The position numbers and the translations under genes are program-made. DNA of 64,000 nucleotides from a virus. Each line of letters begins with the position of its first letter. Position 1 is the first letter of the stretch. Shown in pieces: positions 43,301 to 52,803 of the stretch. The DNA lies in IMG/VR virus record IMGVR_UViG_3300028610_000246, one strand, 5' to 3'. The notes under the pieces were generated by a model. It did no database searches, had not been told where the DNA came from, and was given only the letters and a program-made list of their open reading frames with translations.

Positions 43301-46300
43301 ATATCAAATGAAGGTAAATTCGTCCTAATTCTATGTCCATGCCAAAAGTATCCCTCACTAGTCCTAGGCGGAATACCTGTAGTTAAATTGTCTTTAAAAA
43401 ATCTTACTGTATTAGAACCATTAGGACCGGTACCTAAACTCATTGTAATAGTACTAGTACCGTCAGGTATACCTGACGTTACACTGTCCTGTGTAAATTC
43501 ATTCCATAATCGTCGAGTATCAGCTACATTCGCTGCAGCATATAGACTACTAGATAAATCGAAATCGGGGTCAATAATGGGTTGTTGCTGTCTATCGAAT
43601 AATCCACTATGTACTATAAACGATACATCTGTACCCGACGTAGTGGGAATGGTTACAGTAGGATCTGGATCTACAGAATCTATCAGCACTACACCAAACT
43701 TATACGCTTCAGCCGTTCCCGTACCAACTATATCAAATATCTCATCTATTGAAAATATAAACCATCGTGTACTAGATATACGATATGTAATCCTATCACC
43801 AAGATTAAGATCAGAAAAGAATAGAGTAAAATTCAGTCCAGCCTTATCTTTCTTATTTATTAGTATGGCATCAGTTAAGTGAAAATTATTCTGACTACCT
43901 GAGGTATCAGTTCCTCTGGCCGTCAACATAGCGTATCTAGACTGGCCGGCGGCCAGCTGCGTAGTATCTAAATCATCATATATAAGTGTTACATGTTGGC
44001 CAGGTTCACCCGTACCACCACCAGTAACCGAGTTAACGGTTTCAGACACACTAGAATCATCGCCGCCAAACGAATAATCAAATTTAACACTAAACGTCTC
44101 AGTACCCGACCCAGTTGGAGTTATCGTAATACGAGAAATATTTAAATCACCTAATGGATGCGTAGTAACTGCGCCAGTTATAGTTCCATCAGTACTATTT
44201 AGAGTTAATCTGTACCCCTGACGAGCTACAGCTGATCCGCCCTGTACGAACGTAACATCTAAATCAGTAGTAAGTTGTGAAGGTGTCCAAGGTCCATCAG
44301 TACCTTCTCTACGCCAAGCTAAACCATTTTCAGGTTCAATAAATCCATTAACACTGTTTCCACCATCTAAACCATCTGCAATATCTACTAAAGTTATAGT
44401 ATCAAGAACAGTGCCTCCTACACCGTCTTTCATAGTAATGACTATGTCATTACTTATATTTCCAGAATCCAATATACCTGTATAACCGTCACTACCTGTC
44501 TGATATCCATTAGCTACCGTGAGCTCGAGATCACCAGGGTCAAATAGCTTAATAGTTCCTGTAGATAATAAAGTATCGACACCGCCCTCAATCTTATGGG
44601 CTTCAACTGTAAGTGTACCTGTACCATTATGAATAGCTGTACCGTTAGTGGGTTTGATATAAAATACAGTAGTCGTTGATACGAGCGGTGTAGCGGATAT
44701 ACCTGCAGTAGGACTAACTGGAAAATATATAGATTGCTGTAAGTATATGTCTACTACTCTAGCCCACATAAATCTAGTAACAGTATCAATATATGGAATA
44801 AAGTAATCTAATATGGTAGTAGAGTTTAGATCAGACGGAAGAATGAATTGAAGTGTCTGAGGCACTGGCGACACTGCATCTCTATCATTCACCGTGTTAA
44901 CATGCAATTCTATATATGAACTATTTCTTATCATAATACTAGTAAGATCTGCAGTAGCTATTATACCACCGGCCACACCAACAGCAGTTAATCCATCTAC
45001 AGCCGGCGGATTTCTAGTAGCACCACCTACAGTATGTAGTATTACATTTGACCATACAGACTGAGCTCCGAATTCTGTAACGGTTCTCATCTGTATTTCG
45101 TATTCAAGACCTATTTCTACATTATCGATATTTATAAACGCTTGACTAGCGTTAAATGTAGAAATATACATCCACGTGCCTAATACTGGCGCTTCAGTTA
45201 TATTAAATATTCTATATCTTAAATCCGCAGTTAACGAGCCCCAAGCCTCAAGATTATTAGAAGTTATTTGCCATGTAACGATAATACGTGGAATCAAAAC
45301 ACCTGAACCGTCTACAAAAAATACGTTTTGATCACTATTAGCCTCTAAGCCAAATGGTGGGCTCGGACGTAGTGTAGTCGGATCTGGGGGTAGGGTTATA
45401 TTGGGGTTAAACGGTGGAATAACACCTGTATCAGCATCTAATATGGCAGGCGATAGATCAAGACAGGTCAATCTAGCAGTTAAATTATCTTGTGGATCTA
45501 TGGCGATTATAAGTAAATCTTGTGTCTCACTACCTACTTCACCTATCATATACAAATCACCGATTTGTATGCCCGCAGGTATAACGGGTGTAAATGTATG
45601 GCTAAATAGATCGGGACCGCCTTGTAGCGTTAGATCCTCTATGACAGAAGTTCCGTCATCCAATCTAACTCTCATCACATAGTTAGTACCTCCATCTAGA
45701 GTTACAGCTTCATCGGTAGTAATTACATTACCTACAACATCTTTAATTCGACCATAGCTATTACCCCATAACGGTATATCATGTGCTGATTTAATGTGGT
45801 CACCACGTTGAGCCACAATATGCTCAACATCAGCATTAAACGTATAAACTTCAGGTCGCAATCTAGCGGCAGCCATTATATATCTGGCCGTCTTCCAAGC
45901 AAAGTCTGCATCAGTTATACCAGCAAGTTGTAAGACCTCAAATTCAGTAGCACTACCTGCATCAAACCCATCATCAAAGACTATCATTTCATCTTCTTGA
46001 TAGCCTGAATCCTCAGAATTAAATCGCACCTTAAATGCATGTGGAAAATTAACAAATCTTTTAACAGAGTTGAATCCCCAGCTATTTCTAGGCGTAAAAT
46101 ATTGTACTGGAGTAGGTGTAGCTTGTTCTAATATGACAGTCCATTTACCATCTCTATTAGATACTGATGCACGACCTACACTAGCTGCACGTGTTATAGC
46201 TCGAAATACAGACGTCTTGTAATCTACGACTTCATCATAAAACCGACCTTCAACAGTGTTTTCAGTAGCCCAATCAGCTAGATCATCCAGTATAATTTTA

Positions 46301-47781
46301 TCGATCTCAGGTGCGTCAATAGGCCTAGCATTACCTAAACCGGTAAGAACGTCTAAAAACGCCCAAGCAGGATCACGAGTAGCGGCCGCAATATTAAATA
46401 ACTGAGTACCTTTATTCCACGAACGTAGTTTTCTAGTAGCTATTACATTAAACGTATCTATAATACCGTTTAATTGGTCCGTAGCTCTAACTCTCAACGT
46501 CATAAACGTAGCAGTACCTGCGGGTAAGAGTATAGCAGGTGTTGGTTTAATACTTCTAGTAGCACTCCAAGCTAACACCCATTGAAAACTAAACCAGTTA
46601 GCGTCTGATGAATCTCTTGTAGTTCCAGGAATAGGGTATTCTGATCGTTGTCTAGTAACTCTTACGTCCCAAGTACCCGCACTACCTGTAGGCCATCTAA
46701 CACCTATTCTAAATGGATCACGAGTTTGAGCATGAACCATTACCCATGCTGAATTTAGAGTAGAAATGAGTACAGTTCCCGCTGAAGTAGTAAATGGTGG
46801 CGGGTTACCTACGGCTGGAGTACCTAGTACCTCTCTTTCACCTCTAGTTTCTGTATTAAAACTAGTCACTGTTATAGATACCCATGGATCAGTAGAACCG
46901 GATGCTCTATACTCTACAGAAAAATGAATTCGTACTGCCTCTGTATCACCAACATCATTAGTGAATATTAACCCAGCCGGTAATATAAGATCAAGACTTA
47001 TACTCTCAGTAAGCGGTTGTGTTGTACGAGTAAATGAATCACCTGGTTCAGAATCTTGATTTAGTACTAAATTATGCTGTAATTCAAAGATGTCTAAAGC
47101 ATCGGGTTGATCCGTTATTCGCACATCTATATCTTCAAAATCAGTGGCTAACGTCTCTCCTATCTTAACCGTAGTAGCATCTATATCATAATCACCTAGA
47201 CCAATACAATATATCATATTTAAATACTGGTCTTCACCTATAATTTCAGTTACAGGTATAGATGCTATCGGCGGATATAGTCTATGCCTACCATATAGAC
47301 TAGGAATAGTTCCGAACGGTAAAAATCTATTACGGGTCCCCGTTAAGGAATTTAATCTCTTAGTTTCATCTGTACCCTGAACATCTAGTGTAGGTGGTAG
47401 TAAAAGACTAACTGCGATCATTCCTGCAAATAATACTGCAGAGGTCCAAAATGCCTCAGATCCGCCCCAAGCACCTGCTAAAGCAGGGCCAGCATAAAAT
47501 GCAATTACAAAGACTACTACGACAGCCAGAAGTCGTAAAAATGAATTGTCTCCACCAGCAGGGAGGCCTGTTATTACTATGAGATCATCTTCACTAACAA
47601 ACGTTAATTCCCACTCAGACGAGTCAACAGGAACACCGTTTAAACTAATAATAAAGCTATTACTATCATTACCAAGAATTTCACGCAAAGACAGACCGGC
47701 ACCGACTGTTGTCTCCAACAATTCTTGCTTAAATAATAGCGGTTTAGCTATTACTCTGGCTGTACCTATAATATCCTTCAA
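37369..47781 (-). CDS. Giant tail tip (I+J-like) fused to fibre and beta-helix domains, 3470 aa
   Basis: Ubiquitin-like N-terminus, J-like core (YGRHR..P, GLG), Fn3 domains, pectate-lyase-type YGVVGDDATDNTAAFN, internal repeats. Confidence 0.85.
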   Translation of the reverse strand: MKDIIGTARVIAKPLLFKQELLETTVGAGLSLREILGNDSNSFIISLNGVPVDSSEWELTFVSEDDLIVITGLPAGGDNSFLRLLAVVVVFVIAFYAGPALAGAWGGSEAFWTSAVLFAGMIAVSLLLPPTLDVQGTDETKRLNSLTGTRNRFLPFGTIPSLYGRHRLYPPIASIPVTEIIGEDQYLNMIYCIGLGDYDIDATTVKIGETLATDFEDIDVRITDQPDALDIFELQHNLVLNQDSEPGDSFTRTTQPLTESISLDLILPAGLIFTNDVGDTEAVRIHFSVEYRASGSTDPWVSITVTSFNTETRGEREVLGTPAVGNPPPFTTSAGTVLISTLNSAWVMVHAQTRDPFRIGVRWPTGSAGTWDVRVTRQRSEYPIPGTTRDSSDANWFSFQWVLAWSATRSIKPTPAILLPAGTATFMTLRVRATDQLNGIIDTFNVIATRKLRSWNKGTQLFNIAAATRDPAWAFLDVLTGLGNARPIDAPEIDKIILDDLADWATENTVEGRFYDEVVDYKTSVFRAITRAASVGRASVSNRDGKWTVILEQATPTPVQYFTPRNSWGFNSVKRFVNFPHAFKVRFNSEDSGYQEDEMIVFDDGFDAGSATEFEVLQLAGITDADFAWKTARYIMAAARLRPEVYTFNADVEHIVAQRGDHIKSAHDIPLWGNSYGRIKDVVGNVITTDEAVTLDGGTNYVMRVRLDDGTSVIEDLTLQGGPDLFSHTFTPVIPAGIQIGDLYMIGEVGSETQDLLIIAIDPQDNLTARLTCLDLSPAILDADTGVIPPFNPNITLPPDPTTLRPSPPFGLEANSDQNVFFVDGSGVLIPRIIVTWQITSNNLEAWGSLTADLRYRIFNITEAPVLGTWMYISTFNASQAFINIDNVEIGLEYEIQMRTVTEFGAQSVWSNVILHTVGGATRNPPAVDGLTAVGVAGGIIATADLTSIMIRNSSYIELHVNTVNDRDAVSPVPQTLQFILPSDLNSTTILDYFIPYIDTVTRFMWARVVDIYLQQSIYFPVSPTAGISATPLVSTTTVFYIKPTNGTAIHNGTGTLTVEAHKIEGGVDTLLSTGTIKLFDPGDLELTVANGYQTGSDGYTGILDSGNISNDIVITMKDGVGGTVLDTITLVDIADGLDGGNSVNGFIEPENGLAWRREGTDGPWTPSQLTTDLDVTFVQGGSAVARQGYRLTLNSTDGTITGAVTTHPLGDLNISRITITPTGSGTETFSVKFDYSFGGDDSSVSETVNSVTGGGTGEPGQHVTLIYDDLDTTQLAAGQSRYAMLTARGTDTSGSQNNFHLTDAILINKKDKAGLNFTLFFSDLNLGDRITYRISSTRWFIFSIDEIFDIVGTGTAEAYKFGVVLIDSVDPDPTVTIPTTSGTDVSFIVHSGLFDRQQQPIIDPDFDLSSSLYAAANVADTRRLWNEFTQDSVTSGIPDGTSTITMSLGTGPNGSNTVRFFKDNLTTGIPPRTSEGYFWHGHRIRTNLPSFDIKIRWRNNGVNTFSGLVWRMLGFDLPRGGSIGAQANSTFTTFAVTGTTWQESTIHVETDGNVDAQYWMFRVDWFDQSPTTEEEIEIDSIFVFQTSQSFGTTVGSGPTNKVQAGLVPESDTSTDSGKVLQSDGTWTENIGAGAGELSELSDVNTSTPTNRNVLIADGVDWESRRFVAADVAFAATDRFLARTTTGAGDGEELTGTQATVLLDVFTSGLKGLAPLSGGGSTNFLRADGVWAVPTVGDTDRLRVGGNDKLVAISAAQLEARGSIVGSNPPVSSDNGSNTFVFTNSDDTVVWGALDFGSGAIGGITNNVRGQTTRWRATTALGGLSTGYTHDPDGAVTLFYTGGVRFATVDFGIRVSRVGGGAGVYIEEDTAVPALPSAGDGVVWVKNDVPNTLWFTDDGGADHQLGVGGIADGTGTDNTLRWSGSAWIEESSARISSIGAITALSYGGIIEGNLLDKTAVETITNTYTFEGLVPKIRFNETDAILDEKRWNILASGGQLIFRAENDAESATLNFLVINRSGMNINTLNFITAAFDISGDLTAQSYGGITEIDLVDKGAIELITGAWTFSGTTTVPEVTITSHEAALAILESQITDGSILARLASTETISGVWTHSALLITDASDATAAGFRLPHGVAPTVPVNGDMWTTTASIFARINGATQDLLAGAVPTLITVANEVVDTTSFPLFVTAPTGNLGPKTNAGLTFNAVTADFSATLIAGIANADLVDKSAIEAIAGNWTFSGITIVPEATVIAHEAALTILESQITDAAILARVAASETISGLWTHSGRLVTDDSTTVRAGFNIPTGIAPTVPVQGDIWVTATDAFIRINGVSKSMIGVGIADGTGVDNTVRWNGSAWVEEVSAKISSTGAITALSYGGITEGNLLDKSAIETITGNWDFDGLVKIKERVSAGADTLAYGQPWVKIVGSANELWFTNDLGTDFPVAPLFPETTEETAASLTITDYHYPVGHMFRYGVVGDDATDNTAAFNAILIAGGFTIRVPAGIYQWTSAIEATDGVLVGANTHILCDAGVTMRNTGMTADRGWMRYRDVGNCSIEGNNSVWEYITKPVTGEFRHIFALRGANNITIRDVAANKSGGDGFTIGNGATTRNCSNIYLENISADDNRRGGLSITAGKDIVVNGAVLRNSAGTAPEFGLDIEPNSSYDLLEGIVLNDIHTKSNTGAGLIIDIHNFPEAIGTHDGGASAATLSDSGESWATNEFVGRVIVNLDDGSSGPITANTATTITAVLTGGTDNDWDVGDSYNFMSTVNIVVQNPVDIESPIALSVGNLNVKQSFTVGSRITGSIKVINPVGIDTANFMFVSRNYDALGPLIEIEHPKAIRPNSVGSTSASLGAAFIVYAPAPDTGAANLGNVRITDAEVIDDRETPLVTNYLFVDDVRTVGSDIILDVDFSLLNGEGQPDGNQMVDFNATGNVEDIRGLIQHDATISYTQGWSNYVRTVTNEGAVATVVVTLDALPTGWPLITFEVKAAQLLRITPDGSSNIQPGSAGVGKSIDSNEIGAKLTLRRVSSTEWRIVEEVGYWFRQDGSFDLFNDTRSQKSAIDLSATDLNWAITGTADLNITGLTGDIVAPPGRGFKVIDSGSGAQITRHDGTDVNTTHAATVDWNISGITAIKAGAVDADFDAITGTSYGGILEANLVSKIADASISGGWTFSGINFQSGNPFIFVDGTQLRFGSGSDVRFDYDNVSTDFTLADTIGGTTWNITGFADIAAGTVDADFDAITATSYGAILEANLIDKTVAETFSGTAYTFQAVTPRLWFDETDAAADNQLWSIQADAETFRLRAWNDATSVSNSVFDVSRTGAVIDGINFPTAVTADSFGGITEGDLVDKTVQETITDLWTFSDSAFGAALQVNRISTTGGSAIAFSNTDGIKGYAGFSDDGSFNVWEPGLIVEARFSNQGSLFLREQAAADTDVTAYGQIWMKNTNPIELWFTGEDGVDHQIAFV

Positions 47782-48142
47782 AACGAGATTTCCATCTGTG
47801 ATTATCTATTCTCTGTATACATGAACTTATACCATCTATGGTATGAAGCATTTTATTATCACCGATATATACTCCACAATGTGGCAATTTACTAGCTATT
47901 AAAAATAAAATTCCATCTCCTATTTCGGGTTTATCGATATTCGTCCATGAAGACACATATTCAAGTAACCTATCTACCTTATCTCGTTTATCTACATACA
48001 TAATCATATTCTTATGAATATCTATGTCAAACTCATTCTTATATATTAAGACAATTAGACCCCAACAATCATAATATTCAGGGCCCCAACAAGCTTCTTT
48101 ATACGGTATTCCTATATAGTTTTTAGCCCAATTAGCTATCAT
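47744..48142 (-). CDS. NlpC/P60 tail-tip protein
   Basis: YIGIPY...DCWGL...HCGVYIG. Confidence 0.9.
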   Translation of the reverse strand: MIANWAKNYIGIPYKEACWGPEYYDCWGLIVLIYKNEFDIDIHKNMIMYVDKRDKVDRLLEYVSSWTNIDKPEIGDGILFLIASKLPHCGVYIGDNKMLHTIDGISSCIQRIDNHRWKSRFEGYYRYSQSNS

Positions 48143-48615
48143 GAAAACATACCAGGAAAATTCACTGAATCAAAAGTCCTAAACGGAAACGGTTCACGTG
48201 TAAACGTACTATAACCTAATCTAAATACGATACTAGATGCGTCGTACGTAACACCTCTAGTTTCAAGCTCTAATGGACCCCACTCTATAATACTAGGTGA
48301 CGATTCTAATATAACACTTATAGTCATTAAAGGTGGTGATTGTATAGATCGAATTTCATCTATCAAATCTCTACTGACGTTATCAATTTTCAATGAGGCC
48401 AATGGTTCTTTATCTTCTCTATCATCAGGTAATTGCACCTCAAACGGAAATGCTGTATACACATCTCCACTACTAGTTACATCAACAGAATTATTTACAA
48501 GCCTAATCGGTGACGGAAGATCCGCATGATCTATTTGAAGTAGTACTAAATACACTTCATCCGTCTGTGCAGCCAATGCACCCTGCAATGCAGGTAATGA
48601 TACTAATCTAGGCAT
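48139..48615 (-). CDS. Minor tail protein (DUF1833-like)
   Basis: HADLPSPIRLVNN...FPFEVQLP...LKIDNV; position in the tail module. Confidence 0.75.
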   Translation of the reverse strand: MPRLVSLPALQGALAAQTDEVYLVLLQIDHADLPSPIRLVNNSVDVTSSGDVYTAFPFEVQLPDDREDKEPLASLKIDNVSRDLIDEIRSIQSPPLMTISVILESSPSIIEWGPLELETRGVTYDASSIVFRLGYSTFTREPFPFRTFDSVNFPGMFS

Positions 48616-48962
48616 TATGGCATCTCTTCTATATTTAATCTAACTTGCCAGTTTTCAGGCCCTAGAGTCGTATATACTGGTGGACTTAAAAATCTCCAAG
48701 TCTGATTGACGCCATGAGCGTCATCCATAGTGAATGGTAATGATCCATATGCATGAGTTATTTCGTAAAATGTCTTTAACTCTGTATATTGTGATGGGGT
48801 TAACCACATACTACCTACGACTGTTCTAGTATCAGTAACTGTTCTACGTCGTATCTTATCTGGACCTACGTCCATCTGAGTACGAATTGTATTTTCAGCA
48901 CCTGTTTCCGTATATCCACCAACTTGAAAGAAATCAGGTAGTGTACCAGGCCATGCAGCCAT
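48615..48962 (-). CDS. Distal tail protein
   Basis: WPGTLP...RTQMDVGPDKIRRR; follows the tape measure gene. Confidence 0.7.
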   Translation of the reverse strand: MAAWPGTLPDFFQVGGYTETGAENTIRTQMDVGPDKIRRRTVTDTRTVVGSMWLTPSQYTELKTFYEITHAYGSLPFTMDDAHGVNQTWRFLSPPVYTTLGPENWQVRLNIEEMP

Positions 48963-51900
48963 TATCTCAATCCCGTAGTAGTTTTAAGTCCAAACTTGCC
49001 ACGTAATGTCCTAGAAATATTTCCATCGGCAGCTATATCTGTATTAATAGTACCAATAATCAACTGTATTAACTCATTTCCATTGGCACTCTTAGATCTA
49101 TTAACCTCTGTTTCTTCACCAGTATTATTTATGATTTCAACCTTGGTAGATGGAGCATTAACATTGACTATTGGCGGTCTATTATTCATTTGAGGAGGTG
49201 ATGATACTTTAGCTAATGCACTAGATACTATAGACATAGATGCTAAAAACTCCGTCTGTTGTTGAGCAAACATATCTTCATCACGTCGCGCTCTAATTGG
49301 TTGATCATTATCACGTAAATTATCAAATGATGATTTTTGTTGTAATCTACTTTCATCAGCCATACTAGTAATAGATTCTATTAAATTCTTAGAATTAACC
49401 TTTCCTGTAGTAACAAACTCTGATAATACGCCCCCAGTCTTTTTAATAGAGTTAGTAAATATATCTTGTATAGACGTAAATGTCCGTTTAAAACTCTCTA
49501 TATTATTTCGTTCTTCATCCACCAATTTTAGTTGTTCATTTATTAATTCACGTTTTCCTTCTTCTTGAACCGTAGATTTATCGGTAATAGGATCTAATTC
49601 TCTATTAACATTATTAAAAGCAGTAGAATTTATTTCGTCAACAGGTGGAGTATCGATATTAACTGTAGGAGAACTATTGATTATTTGAGGCGATGATACT
49701 CTAGATAACGCGCCAGATATGGTGGATACAGACGCTAGAGACGCCATCTGTTGCTGAGTAAATATACCTTCACCACGTTGAACTATAATTGGTTGTTCAT
49801 TACTACGTAAATTATCAAATGACGATCTCTGTTGTAATCTATCCTCACCAATTATACCACCAGTATGAGCTAGTCCAACACCTGTCACGGCTGGTGACGG
49901 CGTAGAAAATGTGCCGCCCAACTGATCACCGAAACTCTGCGTAATACCACCTAGTAAAGGTCCTAATATAAATCTAGTAAGAAAAGCCTGTATAGCTAGT
50001 CTTACAAGGTCCTTTATAATGGACTCAGCTAGCTCCTTAAAATCAGCTTTACCTGAAGCCACCATTTCCGCAAATGCATCTTCAGTCTTCTTAATAGAAT
50101 TAATAACTACATCTCGTACCGAAGTAAACGTTTCTTCGAGTTCCTGTTGAAAAGTCTTGAGCTTTTCAAGTTGACGTAATTCATCATCCTTTAACTTAAT
50201 CAACTCCTTCTGCAATTCGAGTCGTCGCTCCTCCTCAGATATGAATTTTTCAGTGTCCTCTATGATTCTCATATTAGCATTATTAAGTTTAACGGCATCC
50301 GCTTCTTCATCAGTTACACTTCTTAACACGGCTAATTCAGCCTCAGCGGCTTTAATCTTCTCCATCAATAAAACTTGAGATTCTGTAACATTGGCAAGGT
50401 CCAACGATACTCTGACTATATCAGTTAAACCATCTCTAATCTCATTATTTATAACCTTTTCATAAAATTCAGGTAACTGAATAGTGGCTAGTCGCTCAGC
50501 CTGTTCTAACGCATCTGCTGTTGCAGCAGGAAGACCCTCTATAGCAGGCTGATTAGCTAGTGGCAATCCCTCAGACACACCTACTGGCTCAATTCTAGGT
50601 ATTGTTATTTGTGGAGGACCTATTTCAGGACCACCTTGCGGTAAATTACCGAATAATGTATCTGGCAAAAACGCTATTTCTACGCCCAAAGCTCTAACAT
50701 CGCCAATAGTACCTTGTAATTCGCCTCTTAAATCAATAATATCATTTTCAAGTTCACCTAGTTGACCCTTAGCATTTTCAATTTGAGCCTCACTAGCTGT
50801 CTCAAATGGAACATCCGCATCAGTAGGTCCAAAACCTGCACGTATTTGTCCAGTAGCCACTATATCAGCTAATCTATTACGTTGACGAATTAATGCATCT
50901 AACTTAGTTGTCCCTTCTTCAATTTTACCTATAGCCTCATCAAAATCATCATCAAATAATCTTCGCACATGAAACGCTAGAGTACTTATAACATTAATCA
51001 ATGTCTCAAATGCGCCTATAAGACCATTTAATATACCTATAATTTTATCTGAACTCAATGAATTTAAGAAATTAGATACAGTACTAAATACCTCTTTAGA
51101 AAATCCGCCTAATGCTTTAGCCAATTCTGGATTATTACGTAGAAAACTAGATGCCGCCCTAACTAGCTCTTTTAAGCCTTCTTCAAATCCGCTCTGAAAA
51201 ATTTCCTGTCTAAATCTAATAAACTCATTACCCAAACGCTGAATATCAGCAAATAATCTAGTAGAAGCTAATTCGGCTGCGAGGCCGAATGTCTCCTTAA
51301 GTTTAACAGCGAATTTTTCAAGAAACTCACCAGCATTAATCGTTCTATCACGAACAGCTATTTCAAATTCTCGCATAGACATACCCATAGAGATAGCTGC
51401 TAATCTCATTGCACCAGGTACACGTTCAGCGAGCTGCAATCTCAATTCTTCCATAGATACTACGCCCTTAGACGCGATCTGTTGAAGAGCCAAGAATACA
51501 CCTGTAACTTCTGATTTAGTAAGTTGAAGTGCTACACCCACAGTAGCGAATGATTCGAATACATCTCTAATTGATTTATCAGAAATAGTACCTGCTGCGG
51601 CCGCAGCGAATTTAGTAAACGGTGTAGCGGCTGCCTCAAATGATGTGCCGAGTCTATTAGATATTTTAAACAACTCATTTAGTTCAGAAACAGCTCCAGC
51701 CGTATTACCTTTAAGTATGACTAATGTGTTGATAAACTTATTTATCTTATTACCAGCATCAGCCACACTTCTAGCAAATATGGTAAATACACCTATACCT
51801 ATAGCTATAACTTTAAATGCTAGACGAAATGCTCTAGCAAACGTACCGGCTAATTTTTGTATACCTCTAAATCCAGCACCTAAGACTGAAAATGCTTTAG

Positions 51901-52081
51901 CGCCCGCAGATCTCATCTTAGAAAATGTACTAGCAGTGGCCGCACCTAATCGTTTGAAATTACTGCCTGCACGACTAACAGCTGATTCTAAGCGTTTAAA
52001 TGCAGCAGTAATTTTATCGACATCTCGTGCCGCTCTAGTGCCATCAACTTCTACATTTAGTTTGGAAGTTTCATCGACCAT
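48962..52081 (-). CDS. Tape measure protein
   Basis: Ala-rich helical 1039 aa; LQQIASKGVVSMEELRLQLAERVPGA signature. Confidence 0.9.
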   Translation of the reverse strand: MVDETSKLNVEVDGTRAARDVDKITAAFKRLESAVSRAGSNFKRLGAATASTFSKMRSAGAKAFSVLGAGFRGIQKLAGTFARAFRLAFKVIAIGIGVFTIFARSVADAGNKINKFINTLVILKGNTAGAVSELNELFKISNRLGTSFEAAATPFTKFAAAAAGTISDKSIRDVFESFATVGVALQLTKSEVTGVFLALQQIASKGVVSMEELRLQLAERVPGAMRLAAISMGMSMREFEIAVRDRTINAGEFLEKFAVKLKETFGLAAELASTRLFADIQRLGNEFIRFRQEIFQSGFEEGLKELVRAASSFLRNNPELAKALGGFSKEVFSTVSNFLNSLSSDKIIGILNGLIGAFETLINVISTLAFHVRRLFDDDFDEAIGKIEEGTTKLDALIRQRNRLADIVATGQIRAGFGPTDADVPFETASEAQIENAKGQLGELENDIIDLRGELQGTIGDVRALGVEIAFLPDTLFGNLPQGGPEIGPPQITIPRIEPVGVSEGLPLANQPAIEGLPAATADALEQAERLATIQLPEFYEKVINNEIRDGLTDIVRVSLDLANVTESQVLLMEKIKAAEAELAVLRSVTDEEADAVKLNNANMRIIEDTEKFISEEERRLELQKELIKLKDDELRQLEKLKTFQQELEETFTSVRDVVINSIKKTEDAFAEMVASGKADFKELAESIIKDLVRLAIQAFLTRFILGPLLGGITQSFGDQLGGTFSTPSPAVTGVGLAHTGGIIGEDRLQQRSSFDNLRSNEQPIIVQRGEGIFTQQQMASLASVSTISGALSRVSSPQIINSSPTVNIDTPPVDEINSTAFNNVNRELDPITDKSTVQEEGKRELINEQLKLVDEERNNIESFKRTFTSIQDIFTNSIKKTGGVLSEFVTTGKVNSKNLIESITSMADESRLQQKSSFDNLRDNDQPIRARRDEDMFAQQQTEFLASMSIVSSALAKVSSPPQMNNRPPIVNVNAPSTKVEIINNTGEETEVNRSKSANGNELIQLIIGTINTDIAADGNISRTLRGKFGLKTTTGLR

Positions 52082-52798
52082 CAGTATTCTTTACCTTGGG
52101 ATGCTTCTTAGATCTTATAGCCAGATACTCATTATCCATTTCTGTCAATAAATGCATAAATAAATCTTGATCATCTGTAGGATTTCTATTTAAATACGCA
52201 TCTATATCTGAAATTGATATGGGATTTTCAGACGAGAATCCAGCAGTTCGTCTAGCAGACAAAAAATAAAACGCTTCTACATACTCTAATACATAAAACG
52301 GTATTTCAGGCTTACTATCTAGTGCAGGTGGATCTATACCTTTAGATACTAAACTCTCTAAGAACTCTTCTCTTTCACCGTATCGGATGTTCCATCCGAC
52401 GATGTCTTTACAGACTTTCCCAGGTCGTCCTTAACCTCTTCTATATAGTTTTGAAGGTCCGTAGAATAATCAGTAACAAAATCACGTAACTCACTATTTC
52501 CCTTCAATGCCGCAAATGCCATATCATGGCTATATTCGATAGAATTACCATCGTTACCCACAACGTCAGACCAATCCAAAAGAAGCGTTTTTGACATCGC
52601 TCTAGCCATGATGTCAAGTTGCGTTTCTGGATCGAGCCTATTCTTAAGAATATCCTTACGATGCGGCTGTTGTAACCTAGACCACATCTTTTGAAACTTG
52701 ATACTCCCACTACTGGCAATAAGAAATCTACTGCCCTTAAAATCAGTCCATGTACCCTCATCTTCAGTGTCTTGCGTTCTTTTCTCTATATTAAACAT
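52071..52798 (-). CDS. Tail assembly chaperone pair (G and frameshifted G-T)
   Basis: ORF 52358-52798; the -1 frame is open from the slippery site to 52071. Confidence 0.8.
52415..52421 (-). other. -1 ribosomal frameshift site G GGA AAG
   Basis: Same heptamer as lambda G-T, in the correct phase. Confidence 0.8.
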
Positions 52799-52803
52799 TC
52801 TAG

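Noticed and set aside
37643-52761. Many plus-strand ORFs opposite tail genes, and similar antisense ORFs elsewhere
   Set aside because: They lie fully within long opposite-strand genes, have no motifs, and look like shadow ORFs
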